DNA of 64,000 bases from Bdellovibrionales bacterium (GCA_050250255.1 JBFWOZ010000001.1:32001-96000), one strand, 5' to 3'; shown: positions 18,994-28,470, numbered from the stretch's first letter. Numbers and translations: made by a program. The notes: generated by a model from the letters alone, not told the origin.

Positions 18994-19611
18994 ATGAAGG
19001 TACGTGTTCGATTAAGAACTTATTTTGTAACGGGTCTTTTGGTGATCGTGCCGGTCATTTTAACTTTTTGGCTCGCGCAGTCTGTTGTCGTTTGGGTCGA
19101 TGAAATTCTTCCGTTAGAACAACTGACGGGTAGAGACATACCGGGTTTGGGTCTTGTTCTCACACTGGTCATTATTTTGGTCGCAGGCTTTTTGGGTCAA
19201 AACTTTTTTGGTGCCTGGGTGGTGGAACAACTTTCTAATCTGGTTGCGAAGATTCCATTTATCGGTTCGGTGTATGGCAGTCTTCGCCAGGTCATGACGA
19301 CTTTGATGAACAGCCAGGGTGATCGTTTCGGACGCGCGGTACTTGTTGAATTCCCAAAAGAAGGGAGTTGGACGATTGGGTTTGTGACCGCCTCCAAGCC
19401 TCCACGCGAAATGGCAAAACATCTTTCTGAAAAGCATGTTTGCGTTTTTATTCCAACCACGCCAAATCCGACTTCCGGATTTTTTGTTTTTGCAGCTCCA
19501 GAGAACGTGAAAAACTTAGACGTGTCAGTAGATGAAGCTTTCAAAGTTTTGATTTCGCTTGGGCTTATTGGTCCTCACGGGCAAATGAGAGAGGTTTCAG
19601 AAAATGGCTAA
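18994..19611 (+). CDS. DUF502 membrane protein
   Basis: FVTGLLVIVP, IPGLG, IPFIGSVY, VFIPTTPNPTSGF. Confidence 0.92.
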   Translation: MKVRVRLRTYFVTGLLVIVPVILTFWLAQSVVVWVDEILPLEQLTGRDIPGLGLVLTLVIILVAGFLGQNFFGAWVVEQLSNLVAKIPFIGSVYGSLRQVMTTLMNSQGDRFGRAVLVEFPKEGSWTIGFVTASKPPREMAKHLSEKHVCVFIPTTPNPTSGFFVFAAPENVKNLDVSVDEAFKVLISLGLIGPHGQMREVSENG

Positions 19612-20089
19612 GCCGCATAAGCCTGCTGCGAAATCAGAGAGCGGTGGGATAAAAATTGTGACCGAAAACCGCAAGGCTCGCCATGACTACATGATCATGG
19701 ATAAGCACGAAGCCGGCATGGTGCTCACAGGCAGCGAAGTCAAATCCCTAAGGGCCGGTCAGTGCCAGCTTAAGGACTCCTACGTTGTTTTTCAAAATGG
19801 CGAAATGTATCTCCAGAACGCACATATTTCTGAATACAAAGCGAGCAGTTACAACAATCACACTCCAGAGAGAAAACGAAAACTGCTCATGCACGTGCAG
19901 GAGATCCGAAAGCTCGACTCTAAGACCCAAGAAAAAGGTCTCACGCTGATTCCTCTAAAAGTTTATTTTAAAAATGGCCGCGCCAAAGTCGAAATTGCTC
20001 TCGCAAAAGGCAAGAAGGCCCATGATAAGCGGGAGTCGATCAAGTCCCGCGACGTCGACCGCCAACTCCAACAAGAACGCCGTCGTTAA
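19604..20089 (+). CDS. smpB: SsrA-binding protein
   Basis: NRKARHDY, EAGMVLTGSEVKSLR, RKLLMH, GKKAHDKR. Confidence 0.98.
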   Translation: MAKPHKPAAKSESGGIKIVTENRKARHDYMIMDKHEAGMVLTGSEVKSLRAGQCQLKDSYVVFQNGEMYLQNAHISEYKASSYNNHTPERKRKLLMHVQEIRKLDSKTQEKGLTLIPLKVYFKNGRAKVEIALAKGKKAHDKRESIKSRDVDRQLQQERRR

Positions 20090-20884
20090 AAGGTGCCAGT
20101 GTCATTTTTCTGGCTACAGCAAGTCATATTCTAAGGGATGTGCACGAGAATCTATTTTAGGTAAACTAAATATTTTTCTTCGTAAGGCTTTCCTCATCGC
20201 CTCTGAGTTTTCGGTTTTAGAGGCATGGTTTAGCCAATTGAGGGTTCCGATAGGGTCAGAAAAAAGTGTCACATCTTCGACTAGGGGAATATAGAGGGGC
20301 GTATATCCAAGAGTTCCATGCAAAGTACTAAATGGATACTCTTCTACTTGAGCGCAAAGTTGTGACCTAACTGGATTTCGATATACATATTTGTACGCAT
20401 TTAGAAAATAATGGTGATTTTTAATTTCACAACGGTTGAAGCGTCCACCCCAAATCGGATTGATTCGCCCGGCTTCTTGTCCAACTGATCGACTTGTTTC
20501 CTGCATAAAATGTTGAACTCCACGACTAATATTACATTCCGGTGCAGTTACGAGCATATGGTAATGATTGCTCATTAGGACAAAGGAGTGAATTTGAAAT
20601 TGAAATGCATGATGTATAAAAAACAGATGGTCACTCATGATGTTCCATACTTTTGACATCGGTATATCAAACCATTCTTTATTAATGCATCTTGCAGATA
20701 CGTGATAAGGGTTGGTTGAGGGTAGAAAAATTCTTCGTGACATACACTATGTAAATGCAGGACTCACGCCGTCGAAGACGAGCAAGCTTTTACTAAAAGA
20801 GTGTAGGTTGTTCCGATGTACGAACTAGTTTTAATGGTATTTATAGTTGACGCTATGTAGCCAGAAAAATGACACTGGCACCTT
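20090..20884 (-). mobile_element. RAYT transposase unit bounded by perfect 29-bp inverted repeats
   Basis: AAGGTGCCAGTGTCATTTTTCTGGCTACA at 20090-20118 and its exact reverse complement at 20856-20884. Confidence 0.85.
20114..20743 (-). CDS. REP-associated tyrosine transposase (HUH/Y1 family)
   Basis: YHVSARC, FVLMSNHYH (HUH), WGGRF, YVYRNPV (catalytic Tyr), YPFS. Confidence 0.9.
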   Translation of the reverse strand: MSRRIFLPSTNPYHVSARCINKEWFDIPMSKVWNIMSDHLFFIHHAFQFQIHSFVLMSNHYHMLVTAPECNISRGVQHFMQETSRSVGQEAGRINPIWGGRFNRCEIKNHHYFLNAYKYVYRNPVRSQLCAQVEEYPFSTLHGTLGYTPLYIPLVEDVTLFSDPIGTLNWLNHASKTENSEAMRKALRRKIFSLPKIDSRAHPLEYDLL

Positions 20885-21380
20885 AAAAGACCGGTTCGTC
20901 TGCGGCAACATTATATGGGCCATGCTCGCGAACAAAAACAATCTGATCTTTATGGATTGAGAAGATCAAAATATTTCGAATCATATTATTTCCCATATCG
21001 TAAGTCGCCACGCCAATTTCTTTGTTTCCATCCCCATCTAGGTCGTAAGCAAATCGGCCCGGTTTTAAACGAAGGAAGTAGGCATAGTTCCATGCCCGGT
21101 CATCATTCGTTTGATAAACTTTAGACCAAATAATATCCTTCTTCTTTTCAGTTCCTCGGCCGCGGCCGTAAATAAAATTTACGCGATCATAATTTTTTTC
21201 CCAATCTCCTTTTTTTAGGTGGAGCCATGTTCTATTTTTCAACTGAAGAAACGTACGACTCAAGTCTTCGATAGGGGGATCTGCGTGTATAGTCGTGCAA
21301 ATAAAAATTATAAATAATGCTGGGAAAGCTTTACTTCTTTTTGCGAGATTTTTCATAGAATAACAAAACTTTATCAGCAT
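20883..21380 (-). CDS. Exported hypothetical protein, candidate immunity protein
   Basis: Signal-like FPALFIIFICTTIHA, DLDGDGNKEI motif; overlaps 3' end of transglycosylase; start uncertain. Confidence 0.65.
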   Translation of the reverse strand: MLIKFCYSMKNLAKRSKAFPALFIIFICTTIHADPPIEDLSRTFLQLKNRTWLHLKKGDWEKNYDRVNFIYGRGRGTEKKKDIIWSKVYQTNDDRAWNYAYFLRLKPGRFAYDLDGDGNKEIGVATYDMGNNMIRNILIFSIHKDQIVFVREHGPYNVAADEPVF

Positions 21381-22046
21381 AAATATCTCCCCCCTTGTCT
21401 CGTGAATGATACTCTCTGACAACTTGACGGACATTTCTCTTTTTTGGATTTTTAATTTGAGACCATTTGTGACCTAATATCCGCACTCCTAAAGCAATAT
21501 TGGTAACTGGATCAAGTTTATCAGATTTGTCGACGTGAATAAGATGTTTACGCATTTCGATCCATTTCTCTTGGTTTGGAAAGCCGCCCATAACACGTAA
21601 GGATTGGTCAGTGACCTGCATAAGTCCTGCGGCGGTGCTGTTGCTTTCGTGATTTTGCTTGGGTCGAACGTCGATTCGACCGCGATCATCGCTTTGACTA
21701 TAAGTGGATCGAGATCTTTCGGAAACTCAATTCCTTGAGCTTTCCAATAATCTAGCCAAAATTGAATCAACGGGTCGAATTCCGCTCCTAATCCTTCAAA
21801 TCCTTTAATCTCATTTAATATAGGGTATTTCTTTTTGGAGTTCCAAAACAGAAAATGAATATTCTCCTTAAGAAGGCCTGGACGGATCTTCTCACGATTT
21901 TTCCTGATGTGAGCGTCGACCCAAGTGGCCGTGCCGGACTCACAAACTCGTTTGTGTCCTTGGACCACGTGATAACCCGGAGGGCACATCTCAGACGAGC
22001 TTGGTTTGATCAGAGTTTTATATTGATTCTTGATTTTACCCATCAA
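21331..22046 (-). pseudogene. Lytic transglycosylase (SLT domain) split by a 1-nt frameshift
   Basis: One frame has KAMIAVESTFDP (catalytic ES); the other has STAAGLMQV, LDPVTNIALG, REYH; frame switch near 21630-21650. Confidence 0.8.
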
Positions 22047-22055
22047 AGACCTATT

Positions 22056-22622
22056 TTATTTGTTCCCTAAAGAAATATTTAAACGTTTTGCTTTTTCGGA
22101 GATGAGTTCCTGCCAGATGGCTTGGGACTCGGGGTCCATATTCTGTGCGACTTTTTGCAATCTTTCGATTTCTGATTTGGTTTGATGTCTAAGAGACTTG
22201 TAAAAGTAATGGTAGGCTTCCACTAATTCGTAGAATTCTTCCTCTTCGGAGGGGACGATGTCGGGGATGTTCCAGTGGCCTCGAGAGAGCATTTTGATGT
22301 GTTCTCGCATTTGTAAAAGGGGTTGGGCGAGTTTATTGGTCATGCGTAGGCCAAAGAGGAAGCTAAAAATGCTGACGCCAATGACCAGGGCCACCACGCA
22401 AATGTTCACCCAGGTTTTTTCGCGGGTTAAGTGAACGAGGAGTTCCGGGGACTGAGTGAGCGCTAAATCAATAAAAACGTTATAATTTTCATTTAAAAAA
22501 TAGAGGCTCACGATAGCAACGGGAAGAACGGCGCCTAAGATCGCGCCTACAAGGGCAAAGGTGTATTTCATTTGAAACCGGCGGTCGATCACCAATTGAT
22601 TTGTCGAAGGATAAGATGACAT
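22056..22622 (-). CDS. Two-TM membrane protein with HAMP-like segment
   Basis: IDRRFQMKY, two TM helices, TNKLAQPL..EEFYEL; GGAGG SD. Confidence 0.75.
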   Translation of the reverse strand: MSSYPSTNQLVIDRRFQMKYTFALVGAILGAVLPVAIVSLYFLNENYNVFIDLALTQSPELLVHLTREKTWVNICVVALVIGVSIFSFLFGLRMTNKLAQPLLQMREHIKMLSRGHWNIPDIVPSEEEEFYELVEAYHYFYKSLRHQTKSEIERLQKVAQNMDPESQAIWQELISEKAKRLNISLGNK

Positions 22623-22709
22623 AAAGCCTCCAGTTGATTCTCTCCCTATTATGGAATCATAATATAAAACGGACGTCAGCATTTAAGTCAGTCGATACGA
22701 GGAGATTCT

Positions 22710-23456
22710 ATGAAGTGTTCTGCGGTGATGTTGGTCATTTTTATGGTGGGTTTGCTTGGATGTTCATCAAGAGCAAAAAAACCGGCGTTGGCGAGTGAAA
22801 TGGGGACCGAGTTTAAACTCAAAAAAGATCGCTCAGACATGGAAGCTCTTCGCAAAGACATTCCCGAAGAGATACGTGCCCATAATGACGAGAGTGCCTA
22901 CCTCATAAACCTCTTTCAAGATAAACAAAAAAATCCCCAAGATATTTCGAATAAATTTAATTCTGACGTACGTCGTAAACGCGATGAATTTTCTAAATGG
23001 GAAAGACAAAAGCGAGAAGAGTACACGCGTCAGGAGGTTCGTCGTCGCGAAGACTACATGAGCGAATCGAAAAAGAAGCGCGAAGACTCTTCTGTTAAAA
23101 GTTTGAAAAGCCAAGAAAGAAGCCGCTTTTTTCAAGATTTAGAGGTCAATAGGCGTCAGTTTTTTTCGGGCGAATCAGATGCTCGCCGTAACTTTGAATC
23201 AGAATTAAAGCAAATCCGAAGCGACTTCGAAGCGGAGATGAAGGATTTGCGCTCTCGATATGATCACGAGTATAAGGCTTATTCTCAGGCCTATAACGAA
23301 AAGAAAAAAACGAATCCTTCAACCGGGTATTCGCTGTCTCCAACAACGGGAGTGCCTCCAGGCTTTACTGAGCAGGACATGAAAGATATCCAAAGCTTAC
23401 CAAAATCCAATAAGTCCCTACTTTATCCTGGCAATGGATCGGAGACTGAGGAATAA
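22710..23456 (+). CDS. Charged coiled-coil lipoprotein
   Basis: Lipobox LLGC, R/E/K-rich helices, GAGGAG SD. Confidence 0.8.
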   Translation: MKCSAVMLVIFMVGLLGCSSRAKKPALASEMGTEFKLKKDRSDMEALRKDIPEEIRAHNDESAYLINLFQDKQKNPQDISNKFNSDVRRKRDEFSKWERQKREEYTRQEVRRREDYMSESKKKREDSSVKSLKSQERSRFFQDLEVNRRQFFSGESDARRNFESELKQIRSDFEAEMKDLRSRYDHEYKAYSQAYNEKKKTNPSTGYSLSPTTGVPPGFTEQDMKDIQSLPKSNKSLLYPGNGSETEE

Positions 23457-23463
23457 AGATCCC

Positions 23464-25089
23464 ATGATCCATCTTGCGAATATTACGAAAAGCATCGGCG
23501 CTCGAGTTCTTTTTCAATCCTCGAGCTTCCAAATCAATCCCGGAAATAAAATTGGTTTGGTAGGCCCTAATGGTGCGGGGAAGACCACCATTTTTCGTGT
23601 CATCACAGGCGAAGAGAGCATTGATTCTGGTTCGGTGAACATTCCTGATAAATTAGTCGTAGCTTATTTTTCTCAAGATGTGGGGGAGATGAAGGGCCGT
23701 TCGGCGCTTGAAGAAGTAAAGGCCGGAGCGCAAAGAATCTACGAGCTTGGGCGTCTTATGGCTGAACTCGAACAAAAACTTTCCGACACAAATCTTCCCG
23801 AAGACGAAATGATGTCGGTGGTTGAAAAATATGGCGAAGTTCAACACGAATACGAAGAGCGCGGTGGATATAACCTCGATACACGTGCCAAAGAAATCCT
23901 CACGGGCTTAGGTGTCCAACCCATTGATCACGATGCTCCGGTTGAAAGATTTAGTGGCGGTTGGAAGATGCGTATTGCGCTTGCGAAAGTACTTCTCTTA
24001 AATCCTGACGTACTTTTAATGGATGAACCGACGAACCATCTCGATATGGAATCGATTCTTTGGCTTGAGCAGTGGCTCATTAGTTTCAAAGGCTCTGTCC
24101 TTATGACAAGTCATGATCGTGAATTCATGAATCGCATCGTTTCGACCGTGGTAGAAGTTGCGAATCAAAAAATCACGCCTTACTCGGGGAACTACGATTT
24201 CTATGAGAAAGAACGCGAGATTCGTAAAGAACAACTCGTAGCTGCTCATAAACGCCAGCAGGATATGCTCGCCAAAGAAGAAGACTTTATCGCGCGTTTT
24301 GCTGCTCGCGCATCCCATGCGGCTCAGGTTCAATCGCGCGTAAAGAAGATTGAAAAAATCGAAAGAGTCGAGCTCCCGCCAGAAGAAAGAACCATTGATT
24401 TTGAATTCGCAAATCCTCCTCGAAGCGGAAATGAAGTGGTGAAGATGGAAAATCTCACGAAAGAATGGGTGCAGGATGAGAATCGTGTAAAGCCTGTCTT
24501 TAGCGGAATTACGGGTTTGATCCGACGCCTTGATAAAATTGCGGTGGTCGGAGTGAACGGTGCTGGTAAGTCCACCTTCTTAAAAGTGATCAGTGGTCTC
24601 ACAGACCCTACTTCAGGACGAGTCGCTTTAGGCTCTGGAGTGAAGCTTGGATATTTTAGTCAGCACTCTTTAGAAGTTTTGAAGCCCAATCGTACTGTTT
24701 TAGAAGAAGTGGAATCACGGGTTCCTAACCCAAACTTGGGTTACATAAGAAATCTTTTGGGCGCCTTCATGTTTAGCGGCGATGATGTGTACAAAAAGAT
24801 TTCGATTTTATCAGGAGGCGAAAAGAGCCGAGTGATTTTAGCTACAATGCTCGCAAATCCCCTGAACTTTTTAATTTTGGATGAGCCGACAAACCATTTG
24901 GATATTCGTTCTCGTGAAGTATTGCTCTCGGCCATTCAGAAATTTGACGGAACCGTCGTACTTGTAAGTCACGATCGTCACTTCTTGCGGGCGATTGCAC
25001 ATCGAGTGTTCGAAGTAGGACACGGTCAGCTCAATGTCTTTGAAGGCAATTACGATTATTACTTGTCAAAAGTAACTCCCAAAGCATAG
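23464..25089 (+). CDS. ABC-F family ATPase
   Basis: Two NBDs: GPNGAGKT, FSGGW, DEPTNHLD; GVNGAGKS, LSGGE, DEPTNHLD; no TM. Confidence 0.95.
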   Translation: MIHLANITKSIGARVLFQSSSFQINPGNKIGLVGPNGAGKTTIFRVITGEESIDSGSVNIPDKLVVAYFSQDVGEMKGRSALEEVKAGAQRIYELGRLMAELEQKLSDTNLPEDEMMSVVEKYGEVQHEYEERGGYNLDTRAKEILTGLGVQPIDHDAPVERFSGGWKMRIALAKVLLLNPDVLLMDEPTNHLDMESILWLEQWLISFKGSVLMTSHDREFMNRIVSTVVEVANQKITPYSGNYDFYEKEREIRKEQLVAAHKRQQDMLAKEEDFIARFAARASHAAQVQSRVKKIEKIERVELPPEERTIDFEFANPPRSGNEVVKMENLTKEWVQDENRVKPVFSGITGLIRRLDKIAVVGVNGAGKSTFLKVISGLTDPTSGRVALGSGVKLGYFSQHSLEVLKPNRTVLEEVESRVPNPNLGYIRNLLGAFMFSGDDVYKKISILSGGEKSRVILATMLANPLNFLILDEPTNHLDIRSREVLLSAIQKFDGTVVLVSHDRHFLRAIAHRVFEVGHGQLNVFEGNYDYYLSKVTPKA

Positions 25090-25098
25090 GTTTTATTT

Positions 25099-25380
25099 AT
25101 GTCGAAGATGTCAGAAGTCACCATCGAATTGAACGGCCAAAAGAAAACGCTTTCCGTAGGCAAAGACGAAACCATTCTCGATGTGTGTTTGAAAGAGGAT
25201 GTAAACGCGCCCTATTCCTGCATGTCAGGAAGTTGCACTGCATGTTTAGCCGAATTAATTTCGGGCACCGTCGAAATGGATTACGCCGACGCTCTCACCG
25301 AAGACGAACTCAAAGAAGGCAAAATCCTCACCTGCCAAGCGAAACCAACTTCCGACAAAGTCGAAATCAAATATCCTTAG
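25099..25380 (+). CDS. 2Fe-2S ferredoxin
   Basis: PYSCMSGSCTAC..ILTCQA. Confidence 0.93.
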   Translation: MSKMSEVTIELNGQKKTLSVGKDETILDVCLKEDVNAPYSCMSGSCTACLAELISGTVEMDYADALTEDELKEGKILTCQAKPTSDKVEIKYP

Positions 25381-25398
25381 CTGGGTCTATAGCTTTTT

Positions 25399-25413
25399 TG
25401 GCATTACCTTTGC
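25399..25413 (+). promoter_or_regulatory. Putative sigma54 promoter inside inserted cassette
   Basis: TGGCATTACCTTTGC, GG-N10-GC spacing. Confidence 0.6.
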
Positions 25414-25427
25414 TGATGGTAGCTCCT

Positions 25428-26366
25428 ATGAGGAATTCAATTATCAATTTCTTTCTAGAGCGCTCACATGACGTTATTGCGGTGACTGCTTTCGTCATGT
25501 GTATTTTTTTTGGTCATATCGCTTCTGCGGATAAAGTTATACTTCATGCCATGGTCATTGATGATCATGCTGCTCGTGAGGTCACTCTTGATAAAGAAAA
25601 TGCTTACATCCAAGAACATTATCCAAACCATAAGCTTATATCTGTGAAAGTCCGAGCAAGTCGATTTTTTCCAATAGATAAAGCTGTGCATGCGGCCCTG
25701 GTGAAAGAGATGAATCAACTAGCACTTGCAGAATCGGATCGTATCGACGTGATGATACTGACAACTCATGGTCAGACTAAAAATGAAGCTACGCAATTAA
25801 GTTTTTTTGGTGAGTTTTCAAGTCAAGGTCCTAACGAAGAACTAAAAGAAGTTTTTAATCCAGTTCTTAAGCATATTGCAGATGATGTCCGGGTTATTAT
25901 GCATTCATGTTCCACATTTTGTGGAACCAATGAACAAATTGTGAGTAGGTCTAAAGCTTTCCTGACATATTTGGGAGCTGCCAAAGGAAGTATTTTTGGA
26001 CTCACTACTCCTGGGTTAGACCCACAACTGAATATTTCAAAATCGGATTTGAAATTCTTTGCTGTTTCAGCGTCACTGGGTGTTTATACCTTATTCGTTG
26101 GAAGCTTTTTGAGTGGAAATTTTGAAGGATTTACCCCGTCATGGTTAATAAAAACAGCGATATTCACGGGATCTCTAACCTACATGATGGCCTTGATTGA
26201 TTTTACTTTGCGAGAGGGTAGGGTTATAGCGAAATCAAAAGCAAAAATAATGAACTGGGGTAAGCTACTCAAGTTTGACCACAGCCAGGATGTTATTATC
26301 GAAGAGGTTTCTTATTATTATGATAAGCCCACGGTGTATGGGTTTGGTTGTGGTAGTGTTCTCTAA
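25428..26366 (+). CDS. Exported hypothetical protein, possible caspase-fold His/Cys protease with C-terminal hydrophobic segments
   Basis: Signal-like segment ending HIASA; VMILTTHG and VIMHSC 47 codons apart; visibly AT-richer than flanks; start uncertain. Confidence 0.7.
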   Translation: MRNSIINFFLERSHDVIAVTAFVMCIFFGHIASADKVILHAMVIDDHAAREVTLDKENAYIQEHYPNHKLISVKVRASRFFPIDKAVHAALVKEMNQLALAESDRIDVMILTTHGQTKNEATQLSFFGEFSSQGPNEELKEVFNPVLKHIADDVRVIMHSCSTFCGTNEQIVSRSKAFLTYLGAAKGSIFGLTTPGLDPQLNISKSDLKFFAVSASLGVYTLFVGSFLSGNFEGFTPSWLIKTAIFTGSLTYMMALIDFTLREGRVIAKSKAKIMNWGKLLKFDHSQDVIIEEVSYYYDKPTVYGFGCGSVL

Positions 26367-26372
26367 GGAATA

Positions 26373-26426
26373 AAGATCCTCACCTGTCAAGCCAAGTCCG
26401 ACAAAATCGAAATCAAATATCCCTAA
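26373..26426 (+). repeat. Diverged direct-repeat copy of ferredoxin 3' end (25321-25380)
   Basis: Encodes KILTCQAK--SDKIEIKYP* versus KILTCQAKPTSDKVEIKYP*. Confidence 0.9.
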
Positions 26427-27232
26427 GGTCTAAAGAGATCAATGCAGAGAGTGCGGAGAGTTTCTTCTGTGGAGACTTTTGCTTGGGCGACGAGTTTTTC
26501 GATGATGGTGGCAAGTTCAGCGCGCATCCACTCGACGTCTTTTTCTGAAACACTGACGACCGCTGAGAAATGCAAATCATCGGGTTGATTACGGTCGAGA
26601 GAGTCTATGGATCTCATGCGCCAGTTGGTGTGATGTTTGTTGATGAGAGTGGAATCGTTTCCTAAGTAGATAAGATTTTGGCTTGGGATCCACTCTCCTC
26701 CGCGTTTGATGAGTAAATCCATTTTCTCTAAGTCATTTAAAACTTTAAGGGCGTGCTGACGTTCCAGCCGTAAAATTTCACAGAGAGGTTCGAGCGTTTG
26801 GAATTTGGGAATTGTGACGAGTATGTGAATCGCAGCGTAGTGCCAGGAGCTATAATATCTTTGCTGATCTTCGAGAGTGAGTTGCTGGCGAATCTGTACG
26901 CGATTCTTTAATTGTCTACGTGATTCATGCACGCGATCGATTTGCGATTGGTAGCGCTTTTTTAAAAGCGAAGTTCCAGCCCGTGCAAACATGAGGAGCA
27001 AAAGCAGAAACTCCGACTCTTCAGGGGTGTGATCAAGCCATTGGTTGAGGGATTCGACCTGTTCGGGACTAAAATGGGCACTACTGTTTAAAACTTGGGA
27101 GACATAAGCAGGCTGACAACCGAGTGCTTTCGCAATCTCCGACCGCAACCCATGCCCCCGCGAGGGACGGAGCTCGAGATAAGCCTTTAAATAGGCTTTA
27201 TAGTCAGAATAATCAAAGATAGATTTTTTCAT
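26423..27232 (-). CDS. TIGR02147/DUF4423-family HTH protein
   Basis: IFDYSDYKAYL, HTH IAKALGCQPAYVSQVLN, YYSSWHYAAIH, KHHTNWR. Confidence 0.85.
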   Translation of the reverse strand: MKKSIFDYSDYKAYLKAYLELRPSRGHGLRSEIAKALGCQPAYVSQVLNSSAHFSPEQVESLNQWLDHTPEESEFLLLLLMFARAGTSLLKKRYQSQIDRVHESRRQLKNRVQIRQQLTLEDQQRYYSSWHYAAIHILVTIPKFQTLEPLCEILRLERQHALKVLNDLEKMDLLIKRGGEWIPSQNLIYLGNDSTLINKHHTNWRMRSIDSLDRNQPDDLHFSAVVSVSEKDVEWMRAELATIIEKLVAQAKVSTEETLRTLCIDLFRP

Positions 27233-27349
27233 AGTTTCAATAGGTTATCTTTATATTTTAAGTATAGCTTAAATTTAACTTAATAAATTAATAAAGTTCA
27301 TCTGGAGAGTTTTTCATGGTTCCTTTATTATTTAATGCATCACGTTAAT

Positions 27350-27364
27350 TGGAGCGTGAGTTGC
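27350..27364 (+). promoter_or_regulatory. Possible sigma54 promoter
   Basis: TGGAGCGTGAGTTGC, GG-N10-GC, 25 nt before ATG 27389. Confidence 0.4.
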
Positions 27365-27388
27365 AAAAAATAACAAAAGGAGTCCCTT

Positions 27389-28447
27389 ATGAAACCAGTT
27401 CGTTTTTTTAAGTCCGTAGTAACTATGAATCTTATCGCTTTGTCTGCCTTCGCAGGCCAGGTGCCAACACCGTTACAAAAAGGTGGAGTGAGTGGCGGGG
27501 GCGGAGATCTTAACCCTGCCGTTCGAGTGTCAAAAGCGGAAGTGAGAAACTTCTTGGATGCTCGAGTTAAAGATGATGTGAAAAGCATCTTTACCGCGAT
27601 TGAAGCGTTGATGACGAAACAAGATTTGCCTTCAGAAGATAAAGAAATTCGAAGAAAGTTATTTAGTGGTTCGAAAACAGTTTATCAATCGATTCAAGAT
27701 GCGGTCATAGAACCACTTGAAAATGGCGCCTGTGTTGATCCCATTACTCGTAAACCGAAAGATGCGGCTTATAACAACAACAAGGTTTGTTTTAGCCTTG
27801 AGCGAATCACCAACCGTGTTCACAGTCTGAATTACGTGCAAGCTATCCTTGCCCTGGCTTCTCATGAAATATCTCATGGAGCAGGTTTAACGGAGAAAGA
27901 AGCTTATTCGCTTCAGCTACGTATCGAATCGAGTTTGCCAAAGATGCACTTTTACAGTGTGCTAAATCAAAAGATGGGATTTCATCGCCAAATTCAGATT
28001 GTAGAAGACACACTTAAGCCGTTTTTGACAAATCTTATTAAAGGAGAAGCTCTTGCTTGTGCACGTTTAGGTACTTTTAGAGGTTTCGCTTCAGATTTGT
28101 TAGGAACGGTGTCGACTGGTGATGCGCTTTACATTGGGTTGCTTCCCGTGTCTTCAAGAGGCGCGCTCAGCACCCTTGTTGCTCGAATGCATAACCTCAC
28201 GCAGTATTGTTTTCCAGCACCTCAACTGGCGAACGGTAACGAGGGAGCTTCTATGGACGAAGTTTTTAATAATCAAGCCGAGATGGATGTCGTAGATTAT
28301 ATCAGACGCGTTTATGTAAACGTAGATCTTTTACCGACACGCGGAACGATGATAAGACGTATTCATTCTTTTAATAAAGATGCGCTTTATTCAGAGTTAC
28401 AGGAAATCTTAAAGCTTTTAGCAGAGATTAAAGCAAAAAAACTCTAA
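27389..28447 (+). CDS. Secreted hypothetical protein with GGVSGGGGD motif and HExxH
   Basis: Signal peptide SAFA; ASHEISHGAGLTE; AAGGAG SD. Confidence 0.8.
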   Translation: MKPVRFFKSVVTMNLIALSAFAGQVPTPLQKGGVSGGGGDLNPAVRVSKAEVRNFLDARVKDDVKSIFTAIEALMTKQDLPSEDKEIRRKLFSGSKTVYQSIQDAVIEPLENGACVDPITRKPKDAAYNNNKVCFSLERITNRVHSLNYVQAILALASHEISHGAGLTEKEAYSLQLRIESSLPKMHFYSVLNQKMGFHRQIQIVEDTLKPFLTNLIKGEALACARLGTFRGFASDLLGTVSTGDALYIGLLPVSSRGALSTLVARMHNLTQYCFPAPQLANGNEGASMDEVFNNQAEMDVVDYIRRVYVNVDLLPTRGTMIRRIHSFNKDALYSELQEILKLLAEIKAKKL

Positions 28448-28470
28448 GTAGAAATTAAAAGACAAATGCT

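Noticed and set aside
19604..22100. tmRNA gene or integrase-bearing island next to smpB
   Set aside because: No tRNA-like ssrA ends, integrase or duplicated smpB end visible
25185..25427. N-terminal extension of the 393-aa ORF overlapping the ferredoxin
   Set aside because: Off-frame read of the ferredoxin gene; promoter motif at 25399 favours a start at or after 25428
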